Source: Amoebidium appalachense (lineage: Eukaryota; Protista; Ichthyosporea). Taken from it: 64,000 nucleotides of DNA. The notes under the pieces are model-generated. The model ran no database searches and was not told the origin of the DNA. It worked only from the letters and a program-made list of their open reading frames with translations. The translations under genes and the position numbers were made by a program. The stretch lies in the NCBI GenBank assembly GCA_963693365.1, contig CAVNZM010000005.1, forward strand, positions 8,137,179-8,201,178, written 5' to 3'. Below, in pieces: positions 59,069 through 64,000 of this stretch (position 1 is the first letter of the stretch; each line of letters opens with the position of its first letter).

Positions 59069-59961
59069 GGGGGGGTAAGTGTGTGTTGGGTCGCTGTTAA
59101 AGTTTGACAAAGCGTGATGTAACTGCCTTCCGTTTTTTTTGTTACAGAGGTGAGCATGTGTAGAAACCGTGAGGCTTGTTGTCAGTATAAGTTGATAAGT
59201 ATACTTCCCTCCTTACAATAATATAGTGACAATGTAACCATCAGACTGCAATACTCAGCAACGGTTGAAAAGCCCCTTTCCCCCCCTCATCCCCCCTCCC
59301 CTCCTTCCCCTCCTCCCCCCTCCGACCTTCCCCTTCCTGCACCCCTCTCCCTCCCTCTCCCCCTCCCCCTTATCTTTCCCAGGGCCCGACCTTAAAGAAC
59401 CCAACGACTGCTACACCACACGACACACAAACCCGACATTTAAAGCTCCCAAAGGCTACGTTGCAGCCGAAGAGAAGACAAGGGAATGGGGAAGACAACA
59501 ATGATTTACAATATGAAAATGGGCCCCCGGGGGGGGGGGGGGGGGGGGGGGGGGATTAGATTGGCTTTTAGATAATATAAAGTTTTTCGTTGAGAGAGGG
59601 AGGGAGGAAGGGGGGAGAAGAGAGAGGGGGGGGGGGGGGGATGAACTGTATACAACATGTCACCAGAGGCGTGTGTGATTTCAAGAATGCCGGTCGGTTT
59701 TGACAAAAAAAAGATTTTTTTTGCTTTTGTTCTCTCTTACTTTCCTCCCGCCCCCCCCCCCCCCCCCCCCCCCTTTTTTTTTTTACATATAGCCGGGGGA
59801 GGGAGGGGGGGGGGGGGGGGGGGGAGGGGGGGATGATGCGGGATGTGTGGTCACAGTGCACTCAGGAGTTTGTGTGTGCATGCATGTGTGTCAAGTGTGT
59901 ACGTGTGTGTGTGTGTGTGTGTACATGTGTCTGTGTGTGTATGTATGTGTGTGTGTGTTTG

Positions 59962-60013
<52 letters not shown>

Positions 60014-60567
60014 GCGCGCGCGCGCCTGACTGGGTGTGTCACACGTCACGGTACGTGCTTGGGACTAACCGCGTGCTTGGCAAGCCATATGATCAGTCAC
60101 ATTTTGGTTCTGGATACACTATTGAACTATCTCTCTGCTGGGGCACGAAGGCATTTGTTTTTCTCTTTTATCAATCGCGGTCTCGTGAGAACGCCAAGCA
60201 AGATAGGTGTCGGTGCAAAGCCTGCATGATTTGTAGCAAACTTCCATAATACATCAGACACAGTTTACTTATGAAAAGACAGGTTGAGCGCTGCTTAAAG
60301 GTTCAGTGTCTAGCCCCTCATTGTACGCCTGGTAGGCCGCCACCGCCCGCGATCAGATCGGGATCCGGCGAAATGTGGGCACCCAAAGTCCCAAATGTGA
60401 GCACCCACAAAAACCATCATCGTTTGCACATAAAAAAGTTACCAAAACATGACTGTAGACCCCTATAAAACGTATATGTGCGTCAATCCGACACAGTAAG
60501 GAAGCGTTTCATGTAAAAATAGTGGGGTATTAGTTATACTGGCAGAGGAGTAACGCGCTGCCGCAAG

Positions 60568-60595
60568 TGTGGGCACCCACCGGTGGGTGCCCACA
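60568..60595. promoter_or_regulatory. Perfect 28-bp palindrome TGTGGGCACCCACCGGTGGGTGCCCACA upstream of the Stealth gene
   Basis: Self reverse-complementary. Half-sites also at about 60374 and 60396. Function is inferred. Confidence 0.5.
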
Positions 60596-60864
60596 TTTTC
60601 TGACCGGGGGTATGCCTGAGGTGCCAGGCTGTGCAGGCTGTAATCGGCCAAGATCAGCTGGATCGCGACCAGCGGCTCACGGTGATACAAGGCCTCCCTT
60701 GGCCTTGCTGTGATATCAGATATTCGGCACACAAAAACAAACAGGGGACTCTGGAAGCACGAAATCATACACTGTCGTTCACTCTCACTCTCGGTTGGCG
60801 TTGGAACAGAGTCTTGGAGGGACCGTGATAATTGCACACACTAAGCCGCAGGGAGCCAGGGGCC

Positions 60865-61400
60865 ATGGCGGGCAGGTGAGGCCTAGGGCCTATGTGCCAG
60901 GATGGGTGCAACGTGGCTGCTGCTGGCTGTGGCCGCGGCCGTGCTTGCGCTGCTGGCCGCTTGGCTGCCGCCCCAGGCGCCAGCCAGCGAGCAGCCACAC
61001 ACCCCGCCCATACGCGAGGGGCTGGAGTATGAGGGCGCACACACGCACCGCACAGCAGACCCCCCCCCCACCCAGGTGGAGGGCGCCGCAGGCCAACGAG
61101 ACCATCGACGTGGTCTACCTGTGGGTCAACGGCTCGGACCCGGCCTGGCGTGCCCGAAGGGCAGAGACACTGAGGGACATACAGACGCAGGCGGACGCCA
61201 ACGCACACACGGACCAGCGCTTTGCTGACGGTGACGAGCTCAGGTGTCTTGGTTGCCCCCTTCCCGCTCATTACCATACACCAGCACCACCACCGCCACT
61301 ACCCAGCCCAACTTACACACTCCCCCGCCTCCCTCTCCCCCCTCTCTCTGCTCTCTCTCTCTCCCCTCTCTGCCTCTCTCTCTCTCCCTCCCCCCCGCCC

Positions 61401-61466
<66 letters not shown>

Positions 61467-62512
61467 CCTCTCTCGCTCGCTCTCTCTCTCTCTCTCTCGC
61501 TCTGTTGCACCATGTACACATACATGCACCGTACCACAACACACTTTCACTGACACAGACTCGTGCACGGCATGCATGCCTGCATGCAACAGGCGCATGT
61601 GTGCTTTTTCCGTCCAAGCGCACCCACTGACTGTCTGGTTGCAGGCACTCTCTGCGGGCGCTGCTGCACCACGGGGAGGGTCTTGGTGTGGGCACCATCC
61701 ACATAGTGGTTGGCGGTGGGCAGCCGGCCTGGCTGGGTACTCTGGAGGTGGCCGGCAAGCCGCGGGTGAGGGTGGTGAGGGAGGAGGACCTGCTTGCAGC
61801 CGGCCAGGACGAGGGCGAGGCGCCTGGGCGGTGGCCAACGTTCAACAGTAATGCGCTGTTTGCCAAGCTGCACAGGGTGCCGGGGCTGGCCGAGCACTTT
61901 CTGGCCTGGGACGACGACGTGTTTCTGGACGGCAGGGTCGACCAGGCCTGGTGGCTCAGGGCTGGGCGGCCCCGTGTGTTCTGCCAGAAGTTCCACAACG
62001 CCTGCCTGGACGCCCACAGCTGCAGCAACCACAATGCAAACAGCCTGCTGCTAGCCGAGTTTGGGGGCCGGGTGGAGGAGTACCAGGCCCTGTACCATGC
62101 GCCCCTGTGGGTGCACAGGCCCCTGCTGGCCTGGCTGGCCCGTCGCTATGCACAGGAGTGGGCCCGCACGGCCACCAGCCAGTTCCGGGCGGCCAGCGAC
62201 ACCAACGTCAAGCAGGTGTATGCCTGGTACCTCATACGCCTGGCCGCAGACACTGTGCCCCCCCACTGCGAGATAGTGGGCTCACGGGCGGCCCACTATG
62301 TGGACCCTGCCCCGGCCACAGAGGCTCGGGGCCACTATGTGCTGGCCGAGTCGGTGGACGTCAGTGTGCGCAACGTGGGCCGGCTGCAGGGCCTAGCCAC
62401 CAGGCACACGTTCCTCAACCTCAACAACAACGACCAGCCAAGGGGTGGCCCCCTGCAGCACTTTCTGGCTGCCCGCTACCCCTGGCCATCCCCCTATGAG
62501 CACACAGACTAG
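60865..62512 (+). CDS. Stealth-family hexose/pentose-1-phosphate phosphotransferase, type II membrane protein (start 60865 or 60902)
   Basis: N-terminal TM WLLLAVAAAVLALLAAW. CR1 IDVVYLWVNGSDPAW; CR2 RFADGDELRHSLR..PTFNSNAL..LHRVPGLAEHFLAWDDDVF; CR3 YHAPL..TATSQFRAASD; CR4 FLNLNN. Introns 61027-61075 and 61244-61644 restore the frame. Confidence 0.9.
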
Positions 62513-62817
62513 TGTCGTTGTAGCTGTGGTTCGGTGCCTAGCACGCAAAGGTAACGGTTGCGAATGACCAAGCCAAGGAATTATTTTTACCCTAAGTGTG
62601 TCCAAAACGGTTGGAGGTGTCAATGAAAGTACACAATATGTATAGTAATAAACTGAATAAATAACTGCGTTTAGTGTTGACTTTTGCTGCTAAATTCGTT
62701 ATCACTTCCATATTCTGTGTTTGCGAATATTCTGTAAAAACTGCTCCCTGGCTATATGAGTCAACTCAAAGCTTATCGTAAAGGTTGCCTTTCCTTGCAT
62801 GCCCCCCCTCCCTCCTC

Positions 62818-62859
<42 letters not shown>

Positions 62860-63284
62860 TCCCGGCCCAGTTGATGCCCATTTTATATTCATGTGAGTTC
62901 GCACATGGCTTGGGGATCTAGGCAGACACTGCCGTTCAAATAATGGCTCCTTCGAGATCTCACAGATGTCACCTGCATGTGCTGTGCTGAGTCCTGGCCA
63001 GTTCTGGTGCTAAAGGACTCGTCAAGGCCGTTAAAAAAAAAATCCGGGCACGTTGCTAAGTACGTTCATACAGATTGGAACCTGCATACACTCAACGGCT
63101 TACGTGTTTAGAATCTGGTCTCGGACTGACTGTGGCGAATACCACTGTGTGTTTCAAAAAAAAAAGTTTCGACACACCCATCAGCTCACACACACGGATC
63201 TAGAGCATGCCAAAGCTTTAATTAAGCGTCGGCTCCGCCGACCTCAGCTTGCGAACCTTTGTTGTATCTTTTTTATTGCGTGGA

Positions 63285-63326
63285 CACCAAGGCCTCCTAA
63301 GGTGTGGTATTTAGGAGGCCTTGGTG
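63285..63326. other. Perfect 16-bp stem hairpin CACCAAGGCCTCCTAA-N10-TTAGGAGGCCTTGGTG
   Basis: Direct inspection. Confidence 0.85.
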
Positions 63327-63497
63327 GACACTGCCGTAGGCCCAGCCACATTCGACGGCCTACTGCGTTTTCCAGCACAGCCAATCAAATGCAGCCAGTG
63401 ACATATGTACATGCTAGGCAACAATGAGCGCCATCGTAGTATCGTGTCTGTTGAGGACCGTATTGGTTCAGAATCTGGCATGAGCAGCGCCTTAGCA

Positions 63498-63581
63498 TGC
63501 AACCAAGGCCCAGATTTTCACGTCCGAAGGCCGGCCCAGTGCAACCAAGGCCCAGATTTTCACGTCCGAAGGCCGGCCCAG
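63498..63581. repeat. Exact 42-bp tandem duplication
   Basis: TGCAACCAAGGCCCAGATTTTCACGTCCGAAGGCCGGCCCAG, two copies. Confidence 0.95.
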
Positions 63582-63644
63582 TGGATCATGCATCTGGTGA
63601 CATCACATACGTCTGCAAGCAAGTCATGGCATATACATATGCTT

Positions 63645-63920
63645 GGGGGTTTACGCTGTTTACTCGCGAGGCAAAGAGAAACCAGTCTCAGGGATGGGGG
63701 GGGTTTTGCTCGGAATATCCCCTCAGCGGTATATCATGATCACGTACATAGATGTCGGGTGATGACTATATATCAGGGTTTACTAGAATTCTCTACGAGA
63801 CACCATAAAGACTACAAGAGAAATCAATTAGTTGGGGTTCCCCGTTTTTTTTTTTTTTTTTTTTTTTTTTTTTGTTTTTTTTTTTTAAGGGGCTCCCCTG
63901 GGACACTCGGTATCAGCTGG

Positions 63921-63961
<41 letters not shown>

Positions 63962-64000
63962 CGCGCGTGCGCTAGAATTTTGTAGTGATGTGTTTCTCAA
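63645..64000 (-). mobile_element. Second copy of the 56310 interspersed repeat terminus, running off the window
   Basis: High-identity direct repeat of 56310-56668, including the poly-G, poly-T and GT tracts. Confidence 0.85.

Overview
Eukaryotic nuclear DNA, GC-rich and very intron-dense. Introns are short GT-AG with a CTGAC/CTAAC branch point, often inflated by poly-G and CA/GT micro- or minisatellites, so most ORFs in the supplied track are artefacts. Six host genes can be rebuilt by hand-splicing: the 3' end of a TMEM104-like amino-acid transporter (+), an organellar-type IF-3 (-), a ~26 kb VPS13 (+), a circularly permuted ATP-grasp ligase-like gene (+), a beta-arrestin-like gene with a PY/UIM-like tail (-) and a Stealth-family phosphotransferase (+). 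The beta-arrestin-like core hints at a unicellular holozoan (inference only). The most striking region is 38.4-46.6 kb. Three Helitron-type elements, each with an AT-rich 5' end (TC in two, TT in one) and a 3' GC hairpin plus CTTG, are joined tail-to-tail and head-to-head into a large palindromic cluster inside a 30-bp minisatellite. The middle element keeps only a Pif1 helicase remnant and no HUH Rep, yet carries an intact, intronless, antisense 382-aa ORF that looks like a tandem-OB-fold ssDNA-binding protein with an NLS and acidic tail. Other oddities: a repeat family ending in oligo-C with a 15-bp micro-copy between 10-bp direct repeats, two covarying 28-bp palindromes upstream of divergent genes, and intronic arrays built from duplicated exon-end/donor junctions. 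All calls are by eye; no searches were run.
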